A stretch of 36,589 bases of DNA from positions 1 through 36,589 of the IMG/VR virus record IMGVR_UViG_3300016662_000124; one strand, written 5' to 3'. Numbering within the stretch: position 1 is the stretch's first letter; every line of letters starts with the position of its first letter. The translations under genes and the position numbers were made by a program. Under the pieces are notes generated by a model. That model ran no database searches. It was not told where the DNA came from and saw nothing but the letters and a program-made list of their open reading frames with translations. Below, piece after piece: positions 35,249 to 36,589 of the stretch. The stretch comes from a virus (lineage: Duplodnaviria; Caudoviricetes).

Positions 35249-35910
35249 ATTTTAAAACTGTAGTTCATGAGCCAGAATTTCCAATAAAAGGCAATGCTAT
35301 TTTATTCACGGGACGAGGTGGTAGTGCAGAATCATTCATAGAGAAATATGAATATTATCTAAAAGAAACGAGGTTGATAGCGATTCAACCCATTTCACAA
35401 TGGTATCCGATGCCAAATGGTATGGATGATCAAGAAGATGCCATTAAAGGCTTAAATAAAAATATTGGTGAAATAAAAAATCATGTAGATGAAATAATCA
35501 AGGAATTTGATATAAGTCTCAATGAATTAGTTTTTATCGGTTATTCTGCTGGAAGTGTTGTGGCGTTACAGCTAATTACAAATTATGACATGAATATTGC
35601 TTTTGCCTTTTTGCACAGCGGAGCACTATTTGAACCAGAATCTTTGAAAGAGTGTTCAGTTAAAACACCTTTCATGCTTATTCACTCAAGTGATGATAAT
35701 TGCTTTTCATGGGAAGAAAGATATTTGCCCATGAAAAATGCGATGATCGCAAAAAATTATAATCTTTTCTTTCTTGAGAAAAAAGAAGACGGACATGCAA
35801 TAACAGACAATGATTTATATTTTGTATCGTCATACATTTCAAATTTGTTTAAATATAGTGATTCTATTCCTTATAAATTTGTTGATCTTGTCGATTCATC
35901 TGTTTCCTGA
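35245..35910 (+). CDS. Alpha/beta hydrolase (phospholipase/carboxylesterase-like)
   Basis: GYSAG nucleophile elbow, HSSDD acid, GHAI His; GGAGG SD; ATGA-coupled. Confidence 0.85.
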   Translation: MNFKTVVHEPEFPIKGNAILFTGRGGSAESFIEKYEYYLKETRLIAIQPISQWYPMPNGMDDQEDAIKGLNKNIGEIKNHVDEIIKEFDISLNELVFIGYSAGSVVALQLITNYDMNIAFAFLHSGALFEPESLKECSVKTPFMLIHSSDDNCFSWEERYLPMKNAMIAKNYNLFFLEKKEDGHAITDNDLYFVSSYISNLFKYSDSIPYKFVDLVDSSVS

Positions 35911-36589
35911 TATCTCTACACATTTGTCTGAGGTCAATTTCTCGACACGACCTGCACATCCATTTGAGATTCAAAGTTCTTAATGATCTTACCTCAAGAA
36001 CTAATCTTTTTTTATGCATCATAAAATGTTTTTGACAACAATTGCATTGTGTTTTGGAATAATCCTTGTTTTTCTTTTGCCTGATTCTTTTTCGTGGAAT
36101 CGCTTGTGGTTTTTCCGTGTTATTCCGATGATAAAAAGAAAGTAATTCATCAGGCATGGGCGGGACAGGAAATTTACTTCCTTCTAGCCATGCGTAAAAA
36201 TTGCCATCACTATGAATAGAAGGAGGGACAACTGATTGATGTCGGTGTCCTCTGAATTCAATTCCATCAAATACTTTTCTTGTTAAATCGGGCAAGGGAT
36301 TTTGAAATAGGTAATGTACCGACTTTGAACTTCTAAATTTTGGACAAGGAACTCCATCAATCATTCTTTGAAGCAAATCATTTGCTTCATTAGTATCTCC
36401 TTCGACATCAACAATATCTCCGAGCAAAATGCCCATATTGTATTCATCTGTCAAGAAATATTCACGCCATCGTTCGATGCTCCAATCTTCATTCCAGCCT
36501 TGACAAGCAGGTTTTTTACTGTCTTTGAATACAGCTATGGGTTTAAGACCCAAAGCTACATATTTATCAAAAAATGTGAGCAGCCTCAT
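35864..36589 (-). CDS. Bifunctional DNA primase/polymerase (Prim-Pol) domain protein with C-terminal zinc finger
   Basis: SKKPACQGW, NMGILLG, DVE, HYLF, VVPPSIH..G..Y.W; CNCC and CRSC. Confidence 0.8.
   Translation of the reverse strand: MRLLTFFDKYVALGLKPIAVFKDSKKPACQGWNEDWSIERWREYFLTDEYNMGILLGDIVDVEGDTNEANDLLQRMIDGVPCPKFRSSKSVHYLFQNPLPDLTRKVFDGIEFRGHRHQSVVPPSIHSDGNFYAWLEGSKFPVPPMPDELLSFYHRNNTEKPQAIPRKRIRQKKNKDYSKTQCNCCQKHFMMHKKRLVLEVRSLRTLNLKWMCRSCREIDLRQMCRDIRKQMNRQDQQIYKE

Noticed and set aside
1-36589. CRISPR array, tRNA genes or DGR template/variable repeats
   Set aside because: No regularly spaced repeat-spacer units, tRNA cloverleaf or reverse transcriptase seen by eye; the only clear nucleotide tandem repeat is the coding 48-mer at 15454
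1-36589. Stop-codon reassignment as seen in some large phages
   Set aside because: Coding density is high in the standard code, and conserved genes end sensibly at TAG (capsid, bS21), TGA (portal) and TAA (protease)

Overview
This window is the head-morphogenesis and accessory region of a large T4-like (Tevenvirinae-style head module) bacteriophage read in the standard code. Bases 1-8176 hold an intein-interrupted portal (gp20), a 610-aa putative core protein, the prohead protease (gp21), scaffold (gp22) and major capsid protein (gp23). Next comes a free-standing TnsA-like endonuclease that appears fused back-to-back with a second, 5'-truncated zinc-finger gene. The remaining ~27 kb is accessory. 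It includes a 56-aa ribosomal protein bS21 missed by the ORF track (15634-15804) and an McsA homologue followed by a three-gene MotA/ExbB-like membrane module. It also carries a SNF2-like ATPase, a catalytically degenerate LAGLIDADG protein, trypsin- and subtilisin-like proteases, a sulfotransferase, a GH130-like propeller, a Dam-like methylase, a phiEco32-type amidoligase, an esterase and a Prim-Pol. Patterns spanning several genes are about ten proteins with a T4 capsid-targeting-like N-terminus, three paralogues sharing an MGAT(S/T)xxGxGxG(S/A)A N-terminus, a recurring TA(A/T)ATA late-promoter-like box and a candidate three-way-junction RNA. The bS21 sequence style, McsA and a secreted peptide hint at a Planctomycetota (PVC) host. 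All family assignments are by-eye motif recognition; no database searches were run.
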